From Eledone cirrhosa (lineage: Eukaryota), in the NCBI GenBank assembly GCA_964016885.1, contig CAXHJY010000082.1, forward strand, positions 124,001-188,000: a DNA stretch of 64,000 nucleotides, in the 5' to 3' direction. A model generated the notes under the pieces. That model was given only the letters and a program-made list of their open reading frames with translations, ran no database searches and was not told where the DNA came from. The position numbers were made by a program, and so were the translations under genes. Positions 15,501-29,700 of the stretch are shown in pieces; positions within the stretch are counted from its first letter, which is position 1; the number at the start of each line of letters is the position of its first letter.

Positions 15501-17716
15501 ATGACTCTGGTGATGATGACTATGGTGATGATGACTATGGTGATGATGACTCTGGTGATGATGACTCTGGTGATGATGACTATGGTGATGATGACTATGG
15601 TTATGATGACTCTGGTGATGATGACTATGGTGATGATGACTCTGAGGATGATGACTATGGTGATGATGTCTATGGTGATGATGACTATGGTGATGATGAC
15701 TATGGTGATGATGACTATGGTGATGATGACTCTGACGATGATGACTATGGTGATGATGACTATGGTGATGATGACTATGGTGATGATGACTCTGGTGATG
15801 ATGACTATGGTGATGATGACTATGGTGATGATGACTATGGTGATGATGACTATGGTGATGATGACTCTGGTGATGATGACTATGGTGATGATGACTCTGG
15901 TGATGATGACTCTGGTGATGATGACTATGGTGATGATGACTCTGACGATGATGACTCTGGTGATGATGACTATGGTGATGATGACTATGCTGATGATGAC
16001 TATGGTGATGATGACTCTGGCGATGATGACTATGGTGATGATGACTCTGGTGATGATGACTCTGGTGATGATGACTATGGTGATGATGACTCTGGTGATG
16101 ATGACTCTAGTGATGATGACTCTGGTGATGATGACTCTGACGATGATGACTATGGTGATGATGACTCTGACGATGATGACTCTGGTGATGATGACTATGG
16201 TGATGATGACTCTGATGATGATGACTATGGTGATGATCACTATGGTGATGATGACTATGGTGATGATGACTCTGGTGATGATGACTATGGTGATGATGAC
16301 TCTGACGATGATGACTCTGGTGATGATGACTATGGTGATGATGACTATGGTGATGATGACTCTGGTGATGATGACTCTGATGATGATGACTCTGGTGATG
16401 ATGACTCTGACGATGATGACTATGGTGATGATGACTCTGACGATGATGACTATGGTGATGATGACTCTGACGATGATGACTATGGTGATGATGACTATGG
16501 TGATGATGACTATGGTGATGATGACTATGGTGATGATGACTATGGTGATGATGACTATGGTGATGATGACTATGGTGATGATGACTATGGTGATGATGAC
16601 TATGGTGATGATGACTATGGTGATGATGACTATGGTGATGATGACTCTGACGATGATGACTATGGTGATGATGACTATGGTGATGATGACTATGGTGATG
16701 ATGACTATGGTGATGATGACTATGGTGATGATGACTCTGCTGATGATGACTATGGTGATGATGACTCTGGTGATGATGACTATGGTGATGATGACTATGG
16801 TGATGAAGACTATGGTGATGATGACTCTGGTGATGATGACTCTGGTGATGATGACTATGGTGATGATGACTCTGACGATGATGACTCTGGTGATGATGAC
16901 TATGGTGATGATGACTATGCTGATGATGACTACGGTGATGATGACTCTGGCGATGATGACTATGGTGATGATGACTCTGGTGATGATGACTCTGGTTATG
17001 ATGACTATGGTGATGATGACTCTGGTGATGATGCCTCTGGTGATGATGACTCTGGTGATGATGACTCTGACGATGATGACTATGGTGATGATGACTCTGA
17101 CGATGATGACTATGGTGATGATGACTCTGACGTTGATGACTCTGGTGATGATGACTATGGTGATGATGACTATGGTGATGATGACTATGGTGATGATGTC
17201 TATGGTGATGATGACTATGGTGATGATGACTATGGTGATGATGACTATGGTGATGATGACTCTAGTGATGATGACTATGGTGATGATGACTATGGTGATG
17301 ATGACTATGGTGATGATGACTCTGACGATGATGACTCTGGTGATGATGACTCTGGTGATGATGACTATGGTGATGATGACTCTGGTGATGATGACTATGG
17401 TGATGATGACTCTGGTGATGATGACTCTGGTGATGATGACTATGGTGATGATGACTATGGTGATGATGACTCTGGTGATGATGACTCTGACGATGATGAC
17501 TATGGTGATGATGACTATGGTGATGATGACTATGGTGATGATGACTATGGTGATGATGACTATGGTGATGATGACTATGGTGATGATGACTATGGTGATG
17601 ATGACTCTGGTGATGATGACTATGGTGATGATGACTCTGGTGATGATGACTATGGTGATGATGACTATGGTGATGATGACTATGGTGATGATGACTCTGA
17701 CGATGATGACTGGTGA
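12590..17716 (+). CDS. Formal Asp-rich repeat ORF MMT(GDDD[Y/S])n...W, 1,708 aa; coding status doubtful
   Basis: The frame is open between two 2-bp deletions. No non-repeat domain, signal peptide or evidence of selection. Confidence 0.1.
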   Translation: MMTGDDDYGDDDSGDDDYGDDDSDDDDSGDDDYGDDDYGDDDSGDDDSGDDDYGDDDYGYDDSGDDDYGDDDSEDDDYGDDDYGDDDYGNHDYGDDDYGDDDSDDDDYGDDDYGDDDYGDDDSGDDDYGDDDYGDDDYGDDDYGDDDSDDDDSGDDDYGDDDYADDDYGDDDSGDDDYGDDDSGDDDSGDDDYGDDDSGDDDSGDDDSGDDDSDDDDYGDDDSDDDDYGDDDSDDDDSGDDDYGDDDYGDDDYGDDDYGDDDYGDDDYGDDDSDDNDYGDDNYGDDDYGDDDSGDDDSGDDDSGDDDSGDDDYGDDDYGDDDYGDDDSGDDDYGDDDSEDDDYGDDDYGDDDYGDDDSDDDDYGDDDYGDDDYGDDDSGDDDYGDDDSSDDDSGDDDYGDDDYGDDDYGDDDYGDDDYGDDDSDDDDYGDDDYGDDDYGDDDYGDDDYGDDDSDDDDYGDDDYGDDDYGDDDSGDDDYGDDNYGDDDSDDDDYGDDDYGDDDYGHDDYGDDDSGDDDYRDDDSGDDDYDDDDYGDDDYGDDDTGDDDYGDDDYGDDDSGDDDYGDDDYGDDVYGDDDYGDDDYGDDDSGDDDYGDDEYGDDDYGDDDYGDDDYGDDDSGDDDYGDDEYGDDDYGDDDYGDDDSDDDDYGDDDYGDDDSGDDDYGDDDYGDDDSGDDDYGDDDYGDDDSGDDDYGDDDYSDDDYGDDDSDDVDYGDDDYGDDDSGDDDSGDDDYSDDDYGDDDSDDDDYGDDDYGDDDYGDDDYGDDDSGDDDYRDDDSGDDDYDDDDYGDDDYGDDDSGDDDYGDDDYGDDDSGDDDYGDDDYGDDVYGDDDSGDDDYGDDDYGDDDYGDDDYGDDDYGDDDSGDDDSGDDDYGDDDYGDDDYGDDDSGDDDYGDDDYDDDDSGDDDYGDDDSGDDDYGDDDSGDDDYGDDDSGDDDYGDDDYGDDDSGDDDYGDDDYGDDDSGDDDYGDDDSGDDDYGDDDYGDDDSGDDDSGDDDYGDDDYGYDDSGDDDYGDDDSEDDDYGDDVYGDDDYGDDDYGDDDYGDDDSDDDDYGDDDYGDDDYGDDDSGDDDYGDDDYGDDDYGDDDYGDDDSGDDDYGDDDSGDDDSGDDDYGDDDSDDDDSGDDDYGDDDYADDDYGDDDSGDDDYGDDDSGDDDSGDDDYGDDDSGDDDSSDDDSGDDDSDDDDYGDDDSDDDDSGDDDYGDDDSDDDDYGDDHYGDDDYGDDDSGDDDYGDDDSDDDDSGDDDYGDDDYGDDDSGDDDSDDDDSGDDDSDDDDYGDDDSDDDDYGDDDSDDDDYGDDDYGDDDYGDDDYGDDDYGDDDYGDDDYGDDDYGDDDYGDDDYGDDDYGDDDSDDDDYGDDDYGDDDYGDDDYGDDDYGDDDSADDDYGDDDSGDDDYGDDDYGDEDYGDDDSGDDDSGDDDYGDDDSDDDDSGDDDYGDDDYADDDYGDDDSGDDDYGDDDSGDDDSGYDDYGDDDSGDDASGDDDSGDDDSDDDDYGDDDSDDDDYGDDDSDVDDSGDDDYGDDDYGDDDYGDDVYGDDDYGDDDYGDDDYGDDDSSDDDYGDDDYGDDDYGDDDSDDDDSGDDDSGDDDYGDDDSGDDDYGDDDSGDDDSGDDDYGDDDYGDDDSGDDDSDDDDYGDDDYGDDDYGDDDYGDDDYGDDDYGDDDYGDDDSGDDDYGDDDSGDDDYGDDDYGDDDYGDDDSDDDDW
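12598..12610. other. 13-bp unit (2-bp deletion) 1; TGG TGA stop in Asp-rich frame at 12601-12603
   Basis: GAC TGGTGATGATGAC; phase shift seen directly. Confidence 0.95.
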
Positions 17717-20700
17717 TGATGACTATGGTGATGATGACTCTGGTGATGATGACTATGGTGATGATGACTCTGATGATGATGACTCTGGTGATGATGACTA
17801 TGGTGATGATGACTATGGTGATGATGACTCTGGTGATGATGACTCTGGTGATGATGACTATGGTGATGATGACTATGGTTATGATGACTCTGGTGATGAT
17901 GACTATGGTGATGATGACTCTGAGGATGATGACTATGGTGATGATGACTATGGTGATGATGACTATGGTGATCATGACTATGGTGATGATGACTATGGTG
18001 ATGATGACTCTGACGATGATGACTATGGTGATGATGACTATGGTGATGATGACTATGGTGATGATGACTATGTTGATGATGACTATGGTGATGATGACTC
18101 TGGTGATGATGACTATGGTGATGATGACTCTGGTGATGATGACTCTGGTGATGATGACTATGGTGATGATGACTCTGACGATGATGACTCTGGTGATGAT
18201 GACTATGGTGATGATGACTATGCTGATGATGACTATGGTGATGATGACTCTGGCGATGATGACTATGGTGATGATGACTCTGGTGATGATGACTCTGGTG
18301 ATGATGACTATGGTGATGATGACTCTGGTGATGATGACTCTGGTGATGATGACTCTGGTGATGATGACTCTGACGATGATGACTATGGTGATGATGACTC
18401 TGACGATGATGACTATGGTGATGATGACTCTGACGATGATGACTCTGGTGATGATGACTATGGTGATGATGACTATGGTGATGATGACTATGGTGATGAT
18501 GACTATGGTGATGATGACTATGGTGATGATGATTCTGACGATAATGACTATGGTGATGATAACTATGGTGATGATGACTATGGTGATGATGACTCTGGTG
18601 ATGATGACTCTGGTGATGATGACTCTGGTGATGATGACTCTGGTGATGATGACTATGGTGATGATGACTATGGTGATGATGACTATGGTGATGATGACTC
18701 TGGTGATGATGACTATGGTGATGATGATTCTGAAGATGATGACTATGGTGATGATGACTATGGTGATGATGACTATGGTGATGATGATTCTGACGATGAT
18801 GACTATGGTGATGATGACTATGGTGATGATGACTATGGTGATGATGACTCTGGTGATGATGACTATGGTGATGATGACTCTAGTGATGATGACTCTGGTG
18901 ATGATGACTATGGTGATGATGACTATGGTGATGATGACTATGGTGATGATGACTATGGTGATGATGACTATGGTGATGATGACTCTGACGATGATGACTC
19001 TGGTGATGATGACTATGGTGATGATGACTATGGTGATGATGACTATGGTGATGATGACTATGGTGATGATGACTCTGACGATGATGACTATGGTGATGAT
19101 GACTATGGTGATGATGACTATGGTGATGATGACTCTGGTGATGATGACTATGGTGATGATAACTATGGTGATGATGACTCTGACGATGATGACTATGGTG
19201 ATGATGACTATGGTGATGATGACTATGGTCATGATGACTATGGTGATGATGACTCTGGTGATGATGACTATCGTGATGATGACTCTGGTGATGATGACTA
19301 TGATGATGATGACTATGGTGATGATGACTATGGTGATGATGACTCTGGTGATGATGACTATGGTGATGATGACTATGGTGATGATGACTCTGGTGATGAT
19401 GACTATGGTGATGATGACTATGGTGATGATGTCTATGGTGATGATGACTCTGGTGATGATGACTATGGTGATGATGACTATGGTGATGATGACTATGGTG
19501 ATGATGACTATGGTGATGATGACTATGGTGATGATGACTCTGGTGATGATGACTCTGGTGATGATGACTATGGTGATGATGACTCTGGTGATGATGACTA
19601 TGGTGATGATGACTATGGTGATGATGACTATGGTGATGATGACTATGGTGATGATGACTCTGGTGATGATGACTATCGTGATGATGACTATGGTGATGAT
19701 GACTATGGTGATGATGACTATGGTGATGATGACTCTGGTGATGATGACTATGGTGATGATGAATATGGTGATGATGACTATGGTGATGATGACTATGGTG
19801 ATGATGACTATGGTGATGATGACTCTGGTGATGATGACTATGGTGATGATGAATATGGTGATGATGACTATGGTGATGATGACTATGGTGATGATGACTC
19901 TGACGATGATGACTATGGTGATGATGACTATGGTGATGATGACTCTGGTGATGATGACTATGGTGATGATGACTATGGTGATGATGACTCTGGTGATGAT
20001 GACTATGGTGATGATGACTATGGTGATGATGACTCTGGTGATGATGACTATGGTGATGATGACTCTGGTGATGATGAATATAGTGATGATGACTATGGTG
20101 ATGATGACTCTGACGATGTTGACTATGGTGATGATGACTATGGTGATGATGACTCTGGTGATGATGACTCTGGTGATGATGACTATAGTGATGATGACTA
20201 TGGTGATGATGACTCTGACGATGATGACTATGGTGATGATGACTATGGTGATGATGACTATGGTGATGATGACTATGGTGATGATGACTCTGGTGATGAT
20301 GACTATCGTGATGATGACTCTGGTGATGATGACTATGATGATGATGACTATGGTGATGATGACTATGGTGATGATGACTCTGGTGATGATGACTATGGTG
20401 ATGATGACTATGGTGATGATGACTCTGGTGATGATGACTATGGTGATGATGACTATGGTGATGATGTCTATGGTGATGATGACTCTGGTGATGATGACTA
20501 TGGTGATGATGACTATGGTGATGATGACTATGGTGATGATGACTATGGTGATGATGACTATGGTGATGATGACTATGGTGATGATGACTCTGGTGATGAT
20601 GACTCTGGTGATGATGACTATGGTGATGATGACTATGGTGATGATGACTATGGTGATGATGACTCTGGTGATGATGACTATGGGGATGATGACTATGGTG

Positions 20701-23700
20701 ATGATGACTCTGGTGATGATGACTATGGTGATGATGACTCTGGTGATGATGACTATGGTGATGATGACTCTGGTGATGATGACTATGGTGATGATGACTC
20801 TGGTGATGATGACTATGGGGATGATGACTATGGTGATGATGACTCTGGTGATGATGACTATGGGGATGATGAGTATGGTGATGATGACTCTGGTGATGAT
20901 GACTATGGTGATGATGACTCTGGTGATGATGACTATGGTGATGATGACTATGGTGATGATGACTCTGGTGATGATGACTCTGGTGATGATGACTATGGTG
21001 ATGATGACTATGGTTATGATGACTCTGGTGATGATGACTATGGTGATGATGACTCTGAGGATGATGACTATGGTGATGATGACTATGGTGATGATGACTA
21101 TGGTGATGATGACTATGGTGATGATGACTATGTTAATGATGACTCTGACGATGATGACTATGGTGATGATGACTATGGTGATGATGACTATGGTGATGAT
21201 GACTCTGGTGATGATGACTATGGTGATGATGACTATGGTGATGATGACTATGGTGATGATGACTATGGTGATGATGACTCTGGTGATGATGACTATGGTG
21301 ATGATGACTCTGGTGATGATGACTCTGGTGATGATGACTATGGTGATGAATGCTCTGACGATGATGACTCTGGTGATGATGACTATGGTGATGATGACTA
21401 TGCTGATGATGACTATGGTGATGATGACTCTGGCGATGATGACTATGGTGATGATGACTCTGGTGATGATGACTCTGGTGATGATGACTATGGTGATGAT
21501 GACTCTGGTGATGATGACTCTAGTGATGATGACTCTGGTGATGATGACTCTGACGATGATGACTATGGTGATGATGACTCTGACGATGATGACTATGGTG
21601 ATGATGACTCTGACGATGATGACTCTGGTGATGATGACTATGGTGATGATGACTATGGTGATGATGACTATGGTGATGATGATTCTGAAGATGATGACTA
21701 TGGTGATGATGACTATGGTGATGATGACTATGGTGATGATGATTCTGACGATGATGACTATGGTGATGATGACTATGGTGATGATGACTATGGTGATGAT
21801 GACTCTGGTGATGATGACTATGGTGATGATGACTCTAGTGATGATGACTCTGGTGATGATGACTATGGTGATGATGACTATGGTGATGATGACTATGGTG
21901 ATGATGACTATGGTGATGATGACTATGGTGATGATGACTCTGACGATGATGACTATGGTGATGATGACTATGGTGATGATGACTATGGTGATGATGACTA
22001 TGGTGATGATGACTATGGTGATGATGACTCTGACGATGATGACTATGGTGATGATGACTATGGTGATGATGACTATGGTGATGATGACTCTGGTGATGAT
22101 GACTATGGTGATGATAACTATGGTGATGATGACTATGGTGATGATGACTCTGACGATGATGACTATGGTGATGATGAATATGGTGATGATGACTCTGGTG
22201 ATGATGACTCTGACGATGATGACTATGGTGATGATGACTATGGTGATGATGACTCTGACGATGATGACTATGGTGATGATGACTATGGTGATGATAACTA
22301 TGGTGATGATGACTATGGGGATGATGACTCTGACGATGATGACTATGGTGATGATGACTATGGTGATGATGACTATGGTGATGATGACTATTGTGATGAT
22401 GACTCTGGTGATGATGACTATGGTTATGATGACTATGGTGATGATGACTCTGACGATGATGACTATGGTGATGATGACTCTGGTGATGATGACTCTGACG
22501 ATGATGACTATGGTGATGATGACTCTGACGATGATGACTATGGTGATGATGACTCTGACGATGATGACTCTGGTGATGATGACTATGGTGATGATGACTA
22601 TGGTGATGATGACTATGGTGATGATGTCTATGGTGATGATGACTATGGTGATGATGACTACGGTGATGATGACTATGGTGATGATGACTCTGGTGATGAT
22701 GACTATGGTGATGATGACTATGGTGATGATGACTATGGTGATGATGTCTATGGTGATGATGACTATGGTGATGATGACTATGGTGATGATGACTCTGGTG
22801 ATGATGACTATGGTGATGATGACTATGGTGATGATGACTCTGACGATGATGACTATGGTGATGATGACTATGGTGATGATGACTATGGTGATGATGACTA
22901 TGGTGATGATGACTATGGTGATGATGACTATGGTGATGATGACTCTGCTGATGATGACTATGGTGATGATGACTCTGGTGATGATGACTATGGTGATGAT
23001 GACTATGGTGATGATGACTATGGTGATGATGACTCTGGTGATGATGACTCTGGTATTGATGACTATGGTGATGATGACTCTGACGATGATGACTCTGGTG
23101 ATGATGACTATGGTGATGATGACTATGCTGATGATGACTACGGTGATGATGACTCTGGCGATGATGACTATGGTGATGATGACTCTGGTGATGATGACGC
23201 TGGTGATGATGACTATGGTGATGATGACTCTGGTGATGATGACTCTAGTGATGATGACTCTGGTGATGATGACTCTGACGATGATGACTATGGTGATGAT
23301 GACTCTGACGATGATGACTATGGTGATGATGACTCTGACGATGATGACTCTGGTGATGATGACTATGGTGATGATGACTATGGTGATGATGACTATGGTG
23401 ATGATGATTCTGAAGATGATGACTATGGTGATGATGACTATGGTGATGATGACTATGGTGATGATGATTCTGACGATGATGACTATGGTGATGATGACTA
23501 TGGTGATGATGACTATGGTGATGATGACTCTGGTGATGATGACTATGGTGATGATGACTCTAGTGATGATGACTCTGGTGATGATGACTATGGTGATGAT
23601 GACTATGGTGATGATGACTATGGTGATGATGACTATGGTGATGATGACTATGGTGATGATGACTCTGACGATGATGACTATGGTGATGATGACTATGGTG

Positions 23701-26700
23701 ATGATGACTATGGTGATGATGACTATGGTGATGATGACTATGGTGATGATGACTCTGACGATGATGACTATGGTGATGATGACTATGGTGATGATGACTA
23801 TGGTGATGATGACTCTGGTGATGATGACTATGGTGATGATAACTATGGTGATGATGACTATGGTGATGATGACTCTGACGATGATGACTATGGTGATGAT
23901 GAATATGGTGATGATGACTCTGGTGATGATGACTCTGACGATGATGACTATGGTGATGATGACTATGGTGATGATGACTCTGACGATGATGACTATGGTG
24001 ATGATGACTATGGTGATGATGACTATGGTGATGATGACTATGGTGATGATAACTATGGTGATGATGACTATGGGGATGATGACTCTGACGATGATGACTA
24101 TGGTGATGATGACTATGGTGATGATGACTATGGTGATGATGACTATTGTGATGATGACTCTGGTGATGATGACTATGGTTATGATGACTATGGTGATGAT
24201 GACTCTGACGATGATGACTATGGTGATGATGACTCTGGTGATGATGACTCTGACGATGATGACTATGGTGATGATGACTCTGACGATGATGACTATGGTG
24301 ATGATGACTCTGACGATGATGACTCTGGTGATGATGACTATGGTGATGATGACTATGGTGATGATGACTATGGTGATGATGTCTATGGTGATGATGACTA
24401 TGGTGATGATGACTACGGTGATGATGACTATGGTGATGATGACTCTGGTGATGATGACTATGGTGATGATGACTATGGTGATGATGACTATGGTGATGAT
24501 GTCTATGGTGATGATGACTATGGTGATGATGACTATGGTGATGATGACTCTGGTGATGATGACTATGGTGATGATGACTATGGTGATGATGACTCTGACG
24601 ATGATGACTATGGTGATGATGACTATGGTGATGATGACTATGGTGATGATGACTATGGTGATGATGACTATGGTGATGATGACTATGGTGATGATGACTC
24701 TGCTGATGATGACTATGGTGATGATGACTCTGGTGATGATGACTATGGTGATGATGACTATGGTGATGATGACTATGGTGATGATGACTCTGGTGATGAT
24801 GACTCTGGTATTGATGACTATGGTGATGATGACTCTGACGATGATGACTCTGGTGATGATGACTATGGTGATGATGACTATGCTGATGATGACTACGGTG
24901 ATGATGACTCTGGCGATGATGACTATGGTGATGATGACTCTGGTGATGATGACGCTGGTGATGATGACTATGGTGATGATGACTCTGGTGATGATGCCTC
25001 TGGTGATGATGACTCTGGTGATGATGACTCTGACGATGATGACTATGGTGATGATGACTCTGACGATGATGACTATGGTGATGATGACTCTGACGTTGAT
25101 GACTCTGGTGATGATGACTATGGTGATGATGACTATGGTGATGATGACTATGGTGATGATGTCTATGGTGATGATGACTATGGTGATGATGACTATTGTG
25201 ATGATGACTATGGTGATGATGACTCTAGTGATGATGACTATGGTGATGATGACTATGGTGATGATGACTATGGTGATGATGACTATGTTGATGATGACTA
25301 TGGTGATGATGACTATGGTGATGATGACTATGGTGATGATGACTCTGGTGATAATGACTATGGTGATGATGACTATGGTGATGATGACTCTGACGATGAT
25401 GACTCTGGTGATGATGACTCTGGTGATGATGACTATGGTGATGATGACTCTGGTGATGATGACTATGGTGATGATGACTCTGGTGATGATGACACTGGTG
25501 ATGATGACTATGGTGATGATGACTATGGTGATGATGACTCTGGTGATGATGACTCTGACGATGATGACTATGGTGATGATGACTATGGTGATGATGACTA
25601 TCGTGATGATGACTATGGTGATGATGACTATGGTGATGATGACTATGGTGATGATGACTATGGTGATGATGACTCTGGTGATGATGACTATGGTGATGAT
25701 GACTCTGGTGATGATGACTATGGTGATGATGACTATGGTGATGATGACTATGGTGATGATGACTCTGACGATGATGACTCTGGTGATGATGACTATGGTG
25801 ATGATGACTCTGATGATGATGACTATGGTGATGATCACTATGGTGATGATGACTATGGTGATGATGACTCTGGTGATGATGACTATGGTGATGATGACTC
25901 TGACGATGATGACTCTGGTGATGATGACTATGGTGATGATGACTATGGTGATGATGACTCTGGTGATGATGACTCTGGTGATGATGACTCTGGTGATGAT
26001 GACTCTGACGATGATGACTATGGTGATGATGACTCTGACGATGATGACTATGGTGATGATGACTCTGACGATGATGACTCTGGTGATGATGACTATGGTG
26101 ATGATGACTATGGTGATGATGACTATGGTGATGATGTCTATGGTGATGATGACTATGGTGATGATGACTATGGTGATGATGACTATGGTGATGATGACTA
26201 TGGTGATGATGACTATGGTGATGATGACTATGGTGATGATGACTATGGTGATGATGACTATGGTGATGATGACTATGGTGATGATGACTCTGACGATGAT
26301 GACTATGGTGATGATGACTATGGTGATGATGACTATGGTGATGATGACTATGGTGATGATGACTATGGTGATGATGACTCTGCTGATGATGACTATGGTG
26401 ATGATGACTCTGGTGATGATGACTATGGTGATGATGACTATGGTGATGAAGACTATGGTGATGATGACTCTGGTGATGATGACTCTGGTGATGATGACTA
26501 TGGTGATGATGACTCTGACGATGATGACTCTGGTGATGATGACTATGGTGATGATGACTATGCTGATGATGACTACGGTGATGATGACTCTGGCGATGAT
26601 GACTATGGTGATGATGACTCTGGTGATGATGACTCTGGTGATGATGACTATGGTGATGATGACTCTGGTGATGATGCCTCTGGTGATGATGACTCTGGTG

Positions 26701-29700
26701 ATGATGACTCTGACGATGATGACTATGGTGATGATGACTATGGTGATGATGACTATGGTGATGATGACAATTGTGATGATGACTCTGGTGATGATGACTC
26801 TGACGATGATGACTATGGTGATGATGACTCTGACGATGATGACTATGGTGATGATGACTCTGACGATGATGACTCTGGTGATGATGACTATGGTGATGAT
26901 GACTATGGTGATGATGACTATGGTGATGATGATTCTGAAGATGATGACTATGGTGATGATGACTCTGACGATGATGACTATGGTGATGATGACTCTGACG
27001 ATGATGACTATGGTGATGATGACTCTGACGATGATGACTCTGGTGATGATGACTATGGTGATGATGACTATGGTGATGATGACTATGGTGATGATGTCTA
27101 TGGTGATGATGACTATGGTGATGATGACTATGGTGATGATGACTATGGTGATGATGACTATGGTGATGATGACTATGGTGATGATGACTATGGTGATGAT
27201 GACTATGGTGATGATGACTATGGTGATGATGACTCTGACGATGATGACTCTGGTGATGATGACTATGGTGATGATGACTATGGTGATGATGACTCTGGTG
27301 ATGATGACTCTGGTGATGATGACTCTGGTGATGATGACTCTGACGATGATGACTATGGTGATGATGACTCTGACGATGATGACTATGGTGATGATGACTC
27401 TGACGATGATGACTCTGGTGATGATGACTATGATGATGATGACTATGGTGATGATGACTATGGTGATGATGTCTATGGTGATGATGACTATGGTGATGAT
27501 GACTATGGTGATGATGACTATGGTGATGATGACTATGGTGATGATGACTATGGTGATGATGACTATGGTGATGATGACTATGGTGATGATGACTATGGTG
27601 ATGATGACTATGGTGATGATGACTATGGTGATGATGACTATGGTGATGATGACTATGGTGATGATGACTCTGCTGATGATGACTATGGTGATGATGACTC
27701 TGGTGATGATGACTATGGTGATGATGACTATGGTGATGAAGACTATGGTGATGATGACTCTGGTGATGATGACTCTGGTGATGATGACTATGGTGATGAT
27801 GACTCTGACGATGATGACTCTGGTGATGATGACTATGGTGATGATGACTATGCTGATGATGACTACGGTGATGATGACTCTGGCGATGATGACTATGGTG
27901 ATGATGACTCTGGTGATGATGACTCTGGTGATGATGACTATGGTGATGATTACTCTGGTGATGATGCCTCTGGTGATGATGACTCTGGTGATGATGACTC
28001 TGACGATGATGACTATGGTGATGATGACTATGGTGATGATGACTATGGTGATGATGACTATTGTGATGATGACTCTGGTGATGATGACTCTGACGATGAT
28101 GACTATGGTGATGATGACTCTGACGATGATGACTATGGTGATGATGACTCTGACGATGATGACTCTGGTGATGATGACTATGGTGATGATGACTATGGTG
28201 ATGATGACTATGGTGATGATGATTCTGAAGATGATGACTATGGTGATGATGACTATGGTGATGATGACTATGGTGATGATGATTCTGACGATGATGACTA
28301 TGGTGATGATGACTATGGTGATGATGACTATGGTGATGATGACTCTGGTGATGATGACTATGGTGATGATGACTCTAGTGATGATGACTCTGGTGATGAT
28401 GACTATGGTGATGATGACTATGGTGATGATGACTATGGTGATGATGACTATGGTGATGATGACTATGGTGATGATGACTCTGACGATGATGACTATGGTG
28501 ATGATGACTATGGTGATGATGACTATGGTGATGATGACTATGGTGATGATGACTATGGTGATGATGACTCTGACGATGATGACTATGGTGATGATGACTA
28601 TGGTGATGATGACTATGGTGATGATGACTCTGGTGATGATGACTATGGTGATGATAACTATGGTGATGATGACTATGGTGATGATGACTCTGACGATGAT
28701 GACTATGGTGATGATGAATATGGTGATGATGACTCTGGTGATGATGACTCTGACGATGATGACTATGGTGATGATGACTATGGTTATGATGACTCTGACG
28801 ATGATGACTATGGTGATGATGACTATGGTGATGATGACTATGGTGATGATGACTATGGTGATGATAACTATGGTGATGATGACTATGGGGATGATGACTC
28901 TGACGATGATGACTATGGTGATGATGACTATGGTGATGATGACTATGGTGATGATGACTATTGTGATGATGACTCTGGTGATGATGACTATGGTTATGAT
29001 GACTATGGTGATGATGACTCTGACGATGATGACTATGGTGATGATGACTCTGGTGATGATGACTCTGACGATGATGACTATGGTGATGATGACTCTGACG
29101 ATGATGACTATGGTGATGATGACTCTGACGATGATGACTCTGGTGATGATGACTATGGTGATGATGACTATGGTGATGATGACTATGGTGATGATGTCTA
29201 TGGTGATGATGACTATGGTGATGATGACTACGGTGATGATGACTATGGTGATGATGACTCTGGTGATGATGACTATGGTGATGATGACTATGGTGATGAT
29301 GAATATGGTGATGATGTCTATGGTGATGATGACTATGGTGATGATGACTATGGTGATGATGACTCTGGTGATGATGACTATGGTGATGATGACTCTGGTG
29401 ATGATGACTATGGTGATGATGACTCTGGTGATGATGACTATGGGGATGATGACTATGGTGATGATGACTCTGGTGATGATGACTATGGGGATGATGAGTA
29501 TGGTGATGATGACTCTGGTGATGATGACTATGGTGATGATGACTCTGGTGATGATGACTATGGTGATGATGACTATGGTGATGATGACTCTGGTGATGAT
29601 GACTCTGGTGATGATGACTATGGTGATGATGACTATGGTTATGATGACTCTGGTGATGATGACTATGGTGATGATGACTATGGTGATGATGACTATGGTG

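Larger units (their letters stand above)
11000..21550. repeat. Tandem duplication of a ~5.1-5.4 kb block (about 11.0-16.15 kb and 16.15-21.5 kb)
   Basis: Paired markers: CAC 11080/16238, GAAGAC 11647/16805, 2-bp deletion 12598/17711, GGTCAT 14102/19230, GATGTT 14720/20118, TCTGAG 15644/21057. Confidence 0.8.
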